From assembly GCA_001938485.1 (NCBI GenBank), contig MQRK01180223.1, positions 12,392 to 68,899 on the forward strand: a stretch of 56,508 bases of DNA, written 5' to 3'. Made by a program: the position numbers and the translations under genes. A model generated the notes under the pieces. The model saw only the letters and a program-made list of their open reading frames with translations. It ran no database searches and was not told the DNA's origin. Origin of the DNA: Girardia tigrina. Taxonomy: Eukaryota. Of this stretch, positions 38,080-50,255 are shown piece by piece. The first letter of the stretch is position 1; each line of letters starts with the position of its first letter.

Positions 38080-38777
38080 ATAAGTAAAGACGATAAAATT
38101 CGTTATAAAGTTTCAATATTAATAATTTTTAAAAATGTTTTAGATAAAATTTGAAATAATAAAATTTGTAATTATATAGATTTAAAAAAGATGAAGGATG
38201 AAATTTACACTAATAAAATTAATAAATAAAATAGATTTGAAAACGAATTAAATATAAGACCCGGAAAATATTTTAACAGAATATACTACACTTTAAAAGT
38301 AAATACAAAATAGAAAAAAACTAAATATCATAATAAATATTAAATTTTAATGAAGTTTAATAAAATGATTATTCAAAAGAAAATACAATATTTAAAAACA
38401 ATGTATATAAAAAGTACAAAAATTAAATAAATTATTTGAATATATTTTGTTTATAAGAGTTTTTAAATTAAAAAATTAACTACAATATAAAATTTCCAAA
38501 ATAATAAATTAACATATTTTTATATTTACAATTATTTAGATATTATTGGTTTGTACAAGAAAAATTTAAAATCGTTCCTTAGAAATTTACTTAGGCAAAA
38601 CTTTTTTAAATAATATGTTTATTGTTGTTATTAAATAAAAGTTTCAAAAATGTCTTTTTCGGAAATTTCATCGCAACAAAAACACGAACCCAATAATTGT
38701 AAAAAATAGATAATTGTTTACCTTATAAAATTTGCTTATCTTAAAATTCTCAGACCCTTAAAACAATGTTTCATAAT

Positions 38778-39180
38778 ATGCAACTCAGAATCGTCAACAC
38801 TTATCTGGTGAAGAAAAATATGAGTGGAAAGGAAACTATTGATGAACTGAATCATGTAAACGTTGATAAGAGTTCATTTTTGTGTATTAATGGGTGGTAG
38901 AATTTAAGCGTGTACGCGATACTGCATTAGATTAGCTTGCTAAAATAAGACCTGTAAAAATTGGAAATTCAAAGGAAATTAAACGATTGTGCGGAATGAA
39001 AGGCAAACTATTATTAAAGAATTAGCATCTCGAGTCAACATTAATTATAGATTTTTCTAATCACACCGAACATCCATGGGAGTGAGGAAAATAGCATTCA
39101 AAATTTTTACCAAATTCCTCACTAAAAAAATGATGGATGCTCGAGATCGATGTAGTGAGCAAATTCTGTTACAGCAATCG
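38778..39180 (+). mobile_element. Mariner transposase N-terminal relic
   Basis: YLVKKNMSGKETIDEL, WVVEFKRVR, RP, RQTIIKELASRVNI, MGVRKI...KFLT. Confidence 0.65.
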
Positions 39181-40127
39181 CGAAATGCATATTTAAATAA
39201 CATTCTGACTGAAATTGCTTGGTACTTTGTTAGGAATTATAAAACTTGAGCTCTAACTGTTAGCAATTGTTTCAATGAGTTCAAGTGGTTCTTCCTCAAT
39301 TGATTGCTTTGACTTTTTCGAAAAAAAACCTCGATTTTACGATACTCCGATGTACGCTTCTTCATTTGAAAATTCCGCAAAACAAAAGAATTTTAATTAA
39401 TACTAAATTAAAACACCGCTTTCAATCACTTATTTTATTACGCTGATAAACACAAGTTTTGTTTCCTGCTTGAAATTGCTTGTTTCAAGCTAATTTAAAT
39501 GCGCTAATCACGAATCTGAATTTCATTTTTGTCGAGGACCTCTAGTTTATTATTTATACGTCAGTGGAGGCTGTGGTTAGGAATAGATGGTGCCACTCAA
39601 GGTTCATACATTGTTACTATAAATTATTTGAGTGTACTATAAATGCAAAAATGTCAATGTAGAACTAAATAACATTTTTATTACTCAAAACTATATCATT
39701 AATCAGTTCAAAATTCTAGAGTTTTGTGTTTAGTTGAATTGGAGTTTTCTAGAAAATCCCTATGTTCTATTTCTAGTATAATTGAGTATTATAGACAAGT
39801 TAGAAGATGCCAGTTTTATGTCTTTTTAAAGCAATACTTAAAATATATTTTCTCAAAACTATCACCATATTTAAATTCAGCATGGTCGAAAACCTTTGGT
39901 GGTTAAGAACATTTTAAAATAAATGCTTTTCTAAAAATTCTTTATCAAAAGTAAAATATTTGCTATTAAAAGATTTACACATATTCTCAAAATTGCTCTG
40001 TAGCCTACCGTCAAATCTATATATTTTGCAAAATCTAGAATTTTCTGTGTTATATTTTTAGTAAAATTTGGTATATAAATTTGCTAGCAAAGCCAAGACA
40101 TTTCATTTTTCGTATCAAATTTACAAC

Positions 40128-40810
40128 ATGCCGAGACATTTCAAGCGACCACCCGACTCTTTCTGTTACATTTGCGGTGAATTTATTTTAAAAGGAAGAG
40201 AGAAATACATTACACCTCTCATAAAAAAGGCTTACGAGCAGTATTTTCATATCAAGATTAATGATAAATACAAGGATTTGGCTCTTCGTAAGTGCTGCGC
40301 AAATTGTGCTGTAACGCTTTGGGGATTGCTAAGTGGCAATCAAAAATCCATGCCCATTTGCAATCCCATTGGTGTGGCAAGAGCCGACAGATCTTGTCTC
40401 CAACTGCTACTTTTGTATCACATATGTTTCTGGCATAAACCCAAAAAAAACAAGAAGATCGAGTATCCTAACCTGCCATCTGCAATACGTCCTGTGCTTC
40501 ATAGCGATGAACTTCCCGTACCTGTTCCTCCTGATGTTGATACTTTTGGAAATGAGGATGCATCACCGGATAGGTGCAGTAGCGGTGAGGATCCTAGGGC
40601 TGATACGGAGTATGTTCCTAATTGCTCAATAGGTTCACATCTCATTACACAGGAAGAACTCAATGATTTGAGTCGAGACTTCAACCTCTCCATGACATAC
40701 TCAGAGTTGTTAGACTCACGCTTGCAGCAATGGAACCTTCTTACCTCTGGAACCAAGATTTCCATGTACAGAGAACGTCACCGCAGTTTATCTTCCCTGT
40801 TCGATAAGAA
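40128..40810 (+). mobile_element. Probable Chapaev3 (CMC superfamily) transposase N-terminal half, frameshifted and truncated
   Basis: PDSFCYICGEF...KKAYEQYF...CCANC...PFAIPLVWQEP....CYFC...YPNLPSAIRPV.H...LITQEELNDL.RD; family assignment from memory. Confidence 0.7.
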
Positions 40811-41019
40811 AATAATAGTGGATTCGTAATCAACAAGTGTGATTTAGTGAGAAAAAGGTTTTTCATAAAAGAAACGGACAAAATGTTTAAATTTGTTGAT
40901 TAGTGTTATTAAACAAAATTAATAATTAAATCATAAATAAAATGCTTTAAAAATACGAATTTTATGACAAAAGATAACATTTTAGCAATGCACACATAGA
41001 CTAAAAAAGATTTTTTTGA

Positions 41020-41068
41020 AAGTCTCTGGGGGGTGCGGTCCCCCTAGCTTCCCTATGCACGCTACTGC
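41020..41068. mobile_element. Orphan hAT-like terminal sequence
   Basis: ggggggtgcggtccccctagcttccctatgcacgctactg, a CAGTAG-type end. Confidence 0.4.
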
Positions 41069-41941
41069 ATGGAACTTATTTCAGATAAAATGATGAACTG
41101 AGAAGCAAAGTTGAATCCTTATTTAAATTATAATCACCTGAACAGTTCATGACTGGATTTGCTGAACTTCGAAAAAGATAGCAAAAGTGTCATGATTGTA
41201 AAAGGTCCCTCATGTTTTAGTATGAAGGTTTACTTTACTTTATTTTTACTTTACTTTTATTTTTATGATTAATCTACGATATTTGTATTGTACCATGTAT
41301 CATATATATTTTACAATATTTTTTTAATATTTCGAAACGCCTTTTTATTATTTTTGACTTTTTAATTTACAAAAAAGTTTGATTTTCAATTTAAATTAAC
41401 AATTAAGCATTTGTTTTAGCTCTTTACATAAATTTATATTAAAATTAACATTACTAAATCAATAATTCTATAAAAGTTAATCTGTTTAAAGGAAAGATTT
41501 ATAAAATTCATCTGTTTATATTAAATTAAGCTTGATTTGATTTAAGCTTAGTTTGTAATTTTAAAAAAGATTTTAATTTCAATGAGTGGTTTCGTTTTAT
41601 TTTCAATTTTCAATTCATACAAATCTAAGCTCAAAACAAGTAACCCTACGACTCGCGAGTCGCTTGAAGATGAGACGCGAGCAGAAGGCTGCTCATAAAA
41701 TACATTAAAACAGTTTTAATTAATTAATAAGAATATAAAATAGATTTGTTTTTATATAAACACTTATTTATATTATATGCTTTTTTATTTTATCAGCAAC
41801 AAACAAATAAAATTAGACCATTTCAATTTTACATAGATGAGAAAATTGAAGCATTATTATATATTTTTTTTCGAAAAAAGGATTACTTTTTGCAATAAAT
41901 TTACTTTAATGAAAATGAATATATAAAGAATAGTAAAATAT

Positions 41942-42805
41942 TGTAAAATACATTAAAAAATTAAAGTTTTTGCGTAAATTTATATATCAAGCTGTTACAA
42001 AATTTTTTTACGAAATTAAATAGTTTTCAACAAATTAATTTTAAAATTAGATGTTATATAAATGTAAAAAATTAGTTTTATTGTGTTTAGAATATTTTTT
42101 AAAAAAATACATAATAATAAATATTTTTAAATTTTTATAAGTTGATTGCATCTTATTTAAATAAAATAAATTAATTTTATAGGTAATAAAATTTTTAAAA
42201 GCATTCTAAAAATAATAAAAAAAGTTTTAATTAAAAAGAAAAGTTCAAAAATATGTTATCGAATATAATAAATTATTTTTAAAGTTTTTACACATTCATT
42301 GGATTTTATTTAATGAAATAAATTAATTTTACTTGTCATATAATTTTTATAAATTTATTTTAAAAAATAATAAAAATTTGATATAGTAAAAAGTCAAAAA
42401 TAAGTTATAGAATATAATAAATTATTTTAAAAGTTTAAAATGTTTTTAAAAATTGAAAGTAAAATAAAATTTATGTGGCGAGTTAAAAATTTTATTAAAC
42501 GGAAATTTGTTTGAAAATTGGGAGTTTTCATAGTAATAAATTTTTGTGTTAAAATGAATTCTGATATTGATGTTGCAACCACTTCTCACATGGCGACTAA
42601 CGTTGCAATGGATATTTTCACGGGCTAACTGTTATCTAAAAAGTACAGGAAAGGTGACAATGTGGAGATATTTATTGAAGAATGTGAACATTCCTTAATT
42701 TTGCAGGAATAGCGAAGGCTAAACAAGAGACAATAGTCATTTGTTTATTGGAGAGATTATTATTATTTATCTGAAAGATCGATACAAAGTGGTAGATAAG
42801 ACATT
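41942..42805 (+). mobile_element. Family B second copy: 5' LTR (ends 42590), PBS, truncated gag start
   Basis: High identity to 30955-31640; carries an extra ~150-bp tandem duplication. Confidence 0.9.
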
Positions 42806-42880
42806 GCTATAATGTTGAAATGTGCAATGATGAATTGCTGTAATGATGAAATGTCTCGTATGATGAGGTGTCAGGCAACC
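42806..42880. mobile_element. Orphan MULE-like terminus with short subrepeats
   Basis: Repeated (a)atgatgaa(a)tg units ending in gtgtcaggcaacc; truncates the gag. Confidence 0.45.
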
Positions 42881-43369
42881 GTTTTTTGTATACCTATTCA
42901 AATCTTAAAATTAATTAATTAGACTAGTTTAGTATTAACTTTTAATTTCTCAAAATTTTACTGGATAAAAATGTATTAAGTAATTTTTAAAATAAACAGT
43001 AGTTTTTCAAATATATTAAATTCAATAAATTAAAATCGTTTACTAAAAATATTATTAAAATTTATAATTATTAAACTTTTAATTAATTTGTACCTAAAAA
43101 TTAATCTCATTAAATTAATTTCATTAGATATAAATAATTAATCAATAACATATCAATCCCATCTGAGTAACAATTCCATCATCAGGTTAATCCACAACAT
43201 GTACTTAACTAGCACACTATACAGAACTATAAAATAATTTAAAAACATTTTAAAAATAAATTATTGGAGTGACATGAATTTATTTCATTTTTCCTAAAAC
43301 TTAAGCGAAAATACACTGAAGGGGCTAAATTCTATTCTTGTAAACTAACCATTGTCAGCTATTGGTTAC

Positions 43370-43783
43370 TATTAAGAGCACCAATATGACTTTTAACATA
43401 TTTATTATTACAACAATTTTGATTGTCCTCAGGACGATCTTTGTTACAGCTTTCGTAAGATTACATCAGTCTATTAATTAATGACTTTAATCTTATTATC
43501 TAAGCAAATGGAGAATTAAATAAATTATTAAATAAATTAAATTATTATAAATTATTTTTTTGGATAAAAAATTAAAATGATTATTAATTATTTAAAAATT
43601 ATAAATTTAATTTATTTATTTAAATATTGTAAAAAAATTAATAAACTTATTTAAAATTTTACAATTATTTTAAGTTAGAAATAAACTTAAGCATTACATA
43701 TTTTCAGATAATAAGAATTAAAATATTAATCATCCATCTGGGTAGGAGAGACACAATTCTAAATCAACAAAATATTCCTCACA
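43370..43783 (-). mobile_element. Solo LTR, family A (partial copies also at ~28495-28519 and ~43090-43170)
   Basis: tattaagagcac...ccatctgggtaggagagacac...cctcaca; TSD gttac/attac. Confidence 0.82.
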
Positions 43784-45450
43784 ATTACATTTGAGAAAAC
43801 GATATGTTTAGATTATCGTTCCGTACTTAACATGGTAATGGAGCCATATTGCTAGTCATTTCAATGAGGATTTGACTCTGCAGAACAATCGGTACTCAAA
43901 AACTTGTGATCTGACCACGAGAATAATAGTTTAAAAATTGTCTCTCGATAAGTTATCAATTTCACTTTTAAATTTAATTATTATGAATTTTCTTATTTAT
44001 TGAAGTCTTTTTTTACTATTTAATTAAATTTAACTTTTTTATTAATTTAATTATAATGCAAGTGATACGACAATAAATATTTTAGCGATTTTTATTCACT
44101 ATAACACGAAAAATGGTGATTTGAATCGCCTTTGGGCAAGGAGAGAGAGAGGATATTATAAATAAAGATAACAATGAATAATTTATAATTTAAATTCCGT
44201 AACAATTAAACCTTTATCATATTTTTATATTGAAAAATATTATCAATGGCCTTAAATTAGTTGCCGCCCAATATATTTTCTTTCACTTACGGAAATTCTT
44301 AAATCAGTGATTTTAGGATTTTTATTTTCAGGACTGCATCGAAAGTAAATGATGCGATCAACCGGGAGCGCCTTTCACGAGAGTCTCCCTTAATACCTGT
44401 GACTAGACGACGATAAACTGCAAGGTGGTATGTAGCTTTAACGACTGAGCAACTCGCTCATTTCCGGAGTTTAGCAATATTTGATATGTAAAGATCTTTT
44501 AAGATTTGATATCTTTCTGTAAAGCGTTTACATCATTGAAAAAATCATTTTCTTTGCGAAAAATGCAACAAGATGCACTAAAATAAAATAAAAAATTGAG
44601 TATGATTGTACGGCTTTCTTTCTTCTCTCTTTATTTTCGCCATGGAGAAATCGTTTAGTCAAAATTTTTTTGTTCGACAAAAAATAATATAAAATATAAT
44701 ATATTTAAATATTTATTTTATTACTAAGTGGATTTTAGATTATCTAAAAGATTCGAACGAAAAGAGTTTTGAAATTCGTTGATTGTATTTGTTATTTTAA
44801 CATTTCCAGACGATTTTTTTGTTTAATATTGATAATTTTTTATGAAACTAATTTTACAGATAAATATCAGATATAATTTAAATGATTCTTTAGGTTCCTT
44901 TTCATTTGCAAATGGCATTTATTAATTATCAATTACCTGCACATCAGCGTCTTATTGTTGCCCTCCATACATCTTCCGTTGGAACATTTGATTTCCTTGC
45001 ACAACGCTGAAAGAAGGATTCTGTTAATATTATATCAAACAATTTTTACTGATAATTTATAAATTATGATAAAACTCCTTCGATAAATTTTATTTTTACT
45101 TGGATTTAATCTTTTAGTGAGGTTAATTTCAATAAGTTTTCAGGTGAATTCTGACTCCATAAATATTGATAATAATTTTAATAATTATAATTCATTATTT
45201 TATAAGTATCAGTATTTTATAAATAAAATAAATATCAATTATGTTATTCTGCTTTTATTTATATATTTTATTTATGAAATAAAAATTGATGTTATATTAG
45301 TGCTACTAACAACATCAATATGAGTTTTTAAACTTTTATTAATATCACAAGCGCATTCACTATTTGACATTTTTCTCGATCAATATATTTTTGAATTCAT
45401 ACTAATTATTTTCAATAAATGAAAATCTTTTTATAAAAATTATTATTAAC

Positions 45451-46697
45451 ATGGCATGAAAGTTTTTCCCGTTACTCTCCACTTCTAAATAAGAAAGGAA
45501 ATTACCATTCTAATGCTATTTTTTTGTTAATTCATGTTTATAAATATTTTTTGGCAAAAAAATTAATCGATATATATATATTAATTTGTGTCATATGATC
45601 ACTTCTCATATTGGATTTAAAAGGTTGTCGGTAAAAATGGAGTTTTCAAAATCTAACAGTCTATTCTATGCATACGTTGAGTGGAAAATGGAACGACTGC
45701 AGCTGAAACCTATAGAAAGTTGTTCAATGCACTCCCTGATGATTACCCAACGGAACACACAATAAAAAACTGGTTCTCTGATTTTACCTCAGGCAAGCGG
45801 CTATCGTTGGACGATCACCCACGAAGTGGACGTCCTTCAGCAACAACAACTGATGATTTGATTGAAAAAGTTAGGAACATAATTGAGCAGGGTGAAAGAA
45901 GGTCTTTAAGACACATAAGTGAAATGCTTGATGTCAAAAAAGAATCAATAAGGACAATCCTCCATGGAAATTTGAACAGGAAAAAGATTTTAAGAATCTG
46001 GGTGCCTTATCAACTGATTGATGATCACAAACGACAATGTATTGAATCCTCAAGAAATTTTCTTGAAACTTGTGCAACAATATGGGAAAGAATACTTGAT
46101 GAAACGATGGATAACAGTTGATGAAACGTGGATATCATTTTCCCCTACATTGTGGAGATCCGACTTACGAGTATAGGCAAGTGGAGATAATCCTCGACCA
46201 AGTGCTGTTCAAAACAAAAAATTTGGACGAAGAACAATGCTTATTTTGGCATTCACAGCTGATGGTAATTTTCACATCAAAGTAACAAAATCTGGTGAGG
46301 CTATCAATTCTGAAAGATATACAGAATTAATTCAAAATAGTCTTACGAAGTTTAGTAAAGACAGACGACGAGTGAATACGCGAGAAATTCTTTGCAGCAT
46401 GATAATGCTCGACCACATTTATCCAAGTTTACCACGGAGTTTTTTCAGAAAAAACATGTTGAATTGATTAAACAAGCTCTATATTTGCCTGATTTAAATC
46501 AGTGTGACAAATGGCTATTCAAATTTTTAAAAAGATTATTAAGAACAACATCGTTTGCAAGTGAAGAAGAGTTCTTACAAGTAGTTAGTGATTTTATGAG
46601 GAATCTCTCACGAGAAAAACTTTCACATGAATTTGATAAACTTTTTACACGTGCTGAAAATGTTATTTGTTGTAATGGTGAATATACTGTTGTGTAG

Positions 46698-46741
<44 letters not shown>

Positions 46742-46875
46742 NNNNNNNNNNNNNNNNNNNNNNNNNNNNNNNNNNNNNNNNNNNNNNNNNNATATATATA
46801 TATATGTTGTTTTATATTTGTTTTATTTAGAAATTAGAAAAACAGAGGAGTAACGGAAAAAAACACTTTTGCAAT
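45451..46875 (+). mobile_element. Mariner (DD34D-type), near full length, frameshifted transposase 45637-46697
   Basis: HTH, RSGRP, WVPYQL, TVDETW, QHDNARPH, YLPDLNQCD; imperfect TIRs sharing ccgttactc preceded by a T run. Confidence 0.95.
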
Positions 46876-46953
46876 ATTAATAATTATAAAGAATCTAATT
46901 GGTTAAAATTAAATCTAAACATTTTTTAAAAAAGTACATATTAAATTAATAAA

Positions 46954-47874
46954 CAGGTATCCCTCCTATAACACGGTCGATATGTTCCAAAAATATGACG
47001 TTATGTGAAACCGTGCTATAGGAGACCAGATGCTGGTACAAAATGTGGGGTTAAGTTCCAAAAAAACATTTAAATGCCACGGAATGAACATTAATTCTAT
47101 TAAAGATAAAAAATAAATAAAAATTCAATTAATTATTCAAAAAAACAAATATAAACCCACGTAAATGCATAAAAAACAAACAAAAATAGGCTGAAATATC
47201 CGTGAAAATTTTTTTTATTGTTTTTCATTGTCGCTGCTCAATTCCATTAAATGCGAATGTTTTTTCAACCGAATACTATCATCTGTACCTTCTGAACTTA
47301 CATTGCTATTTTTTTCGCTCGTTGATACCTTAAAAAAATCCGTAATTTTGCCTTGTTTCCTTGTCCGTTCAAGGTTGTTGTAAATTTCTTGATACGGCGA
47401 TAGACAATTTTGTAGTTCTCTTTTGAATTTTCGGCTTCTTTCAGNNNNNNNNNNNNNNNNNNNNNNNNNNNNNNNNNNNNNNNNNNNNNNNNNNNNNNCT
47501 TCCTGTAATTTTTTTAGTGTCAAAATATTAACTTCATTATATTCATCAGAGCTAGAATCGATTTCATTTATTTGGGGTTCGGATGCCATTTCCACCAAAT
47601 CTGCTTCTCCAATTTCTTGTTCTACTTATAAGTCTTGTATGTCTTCGATGGCCATATCCACAAAACCCTCTCCTCCGACAAACCTAGCGCATTCTAAAAT
47701 GGCACCAATTTCTTTTTCCCCTGATTCGTGCGCGCTTCCTAGTACAACTGCTGCTGGCCATATCTTTTCAATTCCACAAAATATTGCGTTTTCTATTTTA
47801 CAGGTTTTCAGAAAAAAAAATCGTGTTAGAGTGAAATCGTGTTGCAGGATACCGTGTTGTAGGAGGGATACCTG
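46954..47874 (-). mobile_element. Internally deleted Tigger/pogo element
   Basis: 23-bp TIR caggtatccctccta(t/c)aacacgg; C-terminus IWP...GGEGFVDM...ERSRKF...YQEIY...KQGKITDFFK. Confidence 0.9.
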
Positions 47875-48689
47875 TATTAAAATTTTAAATTACATTAAAA
47901 ATTAAATAATACATTCAAAAATTATTTTAAATCTTTTTACTTTAAAATTAAATTAAATTATTTTTAATTAGTAAGAATCAAAGAAAATATCAATCATCCA
48001 TCTGGGTAGGAAAGACACAATCCGAATCAACATACAACATGTACAATATCAACACACAATTCAAAACATTCCTCACGCTTCTAGGTGCTTTGGCAACAGG
48101 TGCTTTGACCATAGGGGGTTTGACAATAGGGGGTTTGACCATAGGTGGTTTGTCCACAACGGGGGTTTGACCACAGGGGGTTTGACCATAGTTGATATAT
48201 ATATATATATATATNNNNNNNNNNNNNNNNNNNNNNNNNNNNNNNNNNNNNNNNNNNNNNNNNNNNNNNNNNNNNNNNNNNNNNNNNNNNNNNNNNNNNN
48301 NNNNNNNNNNNNNNNNNNNNNNNNNNNNNNNNNNNNNNNNNNNNNNNNNNNNNNNNNNNNNNNNNNNNNNNNNNNNNNNNNNNNNNNNNNNNNNNNNNNN
48401 NNNNNNNNNNNNNNNNNNNNNNNNNNNNNNNNNNNNNNNNNNNNNNNNNNNNNNNNNNNNNNNNNNNNNNNNNNNNNNNNNNNNNNNNNNNNNNNNNNNN
48501 NNNNNNNNNNNNNNNNNNNNNNNNNNNNNNNNNNNNNNNNNNNNNNNNNNNNNNNNNNNNNNNNNNNNNNNNNNNNNNNNNNNNNNNNNNNNNNNNNNNN
48601 NNNNNNNNNNNNNNNNNNNNNNNNNNNNNNNNNNNNNNNNNNNNNNNNNNNNNNNNNNNNNNNNNNNNNNNNNNNNNNNNNNNNNNNNN

Positions 48690-48914
48690 ATAAATTTTGA
48701 AAATAAAGTTTAAATAATTTTTGAAATAAATTTTTGAAATAAATTTTCAGGATTTTAAAAATTAAATCGAAAAGAATTTAATAGATTAATTTGGGTCGAG
48801 ATAATTAACTTAAATTAACAGGAAAATTTGTTTTAAAGATGTGAATTGTTATATAAATAAATTTTGGTGTTAAAAAAATTAATTCTGATATTGAGGTTGC
48901 AACCACTTCTCACA
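48690..48914 (+). mobile_element. Family B-related LTR (start lies in the gap), no PBS
   Basis: aattctgatattgaggttgcaaccacttctcaca end. Confidence 0.8.
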
Positions 48915-49124
48915 ATTTCTATACTTAAAATTTTTAATTAAAATATTTTTGCCATTATTACCCAATAATACTTTAATAAAATAAAATATATTAAAAAATT
49001 CTATTTAAACTTAATATACATTTTAAAATCATATTATTAATAACAACTAAAATATTAGATTCTAGCCCACACATGCCAAAATCATGGAGAACTATACAAA
49101 TATTAAAATGCTAAATTTCCAAAT

Positions 49125-49166
49125 ATTGCTGATGATGATGTATGTAATCATCGAAACATGTCCAAT
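49125..49166 (+). ncRNA. Minimal hammerhead ribozyme, third copy of the family
   Basis: tattg-CTGATGA-t-gatg-tatgtaat-catc-GAAA-catg-TC-caata. Confidence 0.85.
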
Positions 49167-49321
49167 AAATATATAAAAGAAGCTTTAATCAAATTATATT
49201 TTAAAAATATTAAAAACTGTGGACAAACCACCTATGGTCAAACCCCCTATGGTCAAACCCCCGCTGTGGACAAAACCCCTATGGTCAAAGCATCTGTGGT
49301 CAAAGCACCGCGTACCTTCCT

Positions 49322-50255
49322 CACGTCCCCCTCGGTTTAAATGGCTTTAGCCATTCAACATTTCTAATCAAAGTTATACCATCTTCGAGCTGTAACTCGT
49401 ATCTGCTTTCGTGATTTCTTTTCAGCACAATTGCCGGACCCATGTAACGGTCATCTTCTTTTGATACATTTTATTTTTTTATCAAAACTCTGTCTCCAAC
49501 TTCAAAAACTCTTCTTGTCTCTAAATTTTGTTCGACATTAACTTGGTTTCCGTTAGTTTCTTTATTGTTCTTCCACCAATGTCTTAATCGTCTCCCAAAT
49601 ATTATTTCAGCAGTTGAAACACCTGTTGTAGCCTGAACTGTACTATTCAACATAAATTCTATTTCCGACAAAACTTTTGTCCAATCTCTGTGGTCTCCGT
49701 CCTTCAGTCTAATATTTATAGCATCTCTGATTATTCGAAATCGTCTTTCCACACTCCCATTTGAATTATGATGATATGGACTTGAATAGATTATCTCGAC
49801 TTTGAACCTTTTAACTGTATCTTTGAACAAAATCGATTCACATGTTTTTCCTCTATCATCATGGATTTCTTTTTGAGGTCCAAATTTCCATATCCTTCTG
49901 TGCAATATTACTCTACGAACTGTTTTTTTTATCTTGACTAGTAACTGCATTCAGGCTAATATATCTACTGAATTGCTCTACTATTGATATCCGATTATGT
50001 TTCTTTTGAATGGTCCACAGAAGTCCATGTATATTTTCTGGATAGATTCATCTGCCGACGACTATATATGCTTTTCTTTCGTTTTCGCTGTTAATGTCAT
50101 TCTTTTTTGACAATTTAAACAACTTTGGACTATTTCTTTAATGAAATTTCTCATATTTAAATTTCTCATATGTAAAAATCTTCTCGAAGATATTTAGACT
50201 TTTTTTACTACCAGCATGGCATAATAGTTTGTGTATTTCTTCAATAAAATCTGTT
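49322..50255 (-). mobile_element. Gypsy integrase (HHCC, core, GPY-like module) with PPT gaggggga at 49326-49333
   Basis: IHKLLCHAG, CLNCQK, MDFCGPF, SPYHHNSNGSVERRF, RYMGP...RNVEWLKPFKPRGT*. Confidence 0.93.

Larger units (their letters stand above)
45337..48077 (-). mobile_element. 3' LTR (family A) of the Gypsy element, interrupted by mariner and Tigger insertions
   Basis: Family-A motif at 47997-48077; tattaatatcac end at 45337 (less certain); abuts the PPT once the MULE is removed. Confidence 0.7.
48078..49316. mobile_element. MULE-like foldback element with 15-bp subrepeat TIRs and 9-bp TSD
   Basis: ttcctcacg at 48069-48077 and 49317-49325; tttgaccataggggg arrays inverted at both ends. 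Confidence 0.88.

Noticed and set aside
41645-41670. Palindrome cgactcgcgagtcg as a regulatory site
   Set aside because: Resembles the subterminal palindrome of Buster/Charlie hATs; probably a relic
48084-48192. Repeat array as CRISPR or telomere
   Set aside because: 15-bp subrepeats have an inverted mate at 49217-49309 and a 9-bp TSD, so they are transposon TIRs
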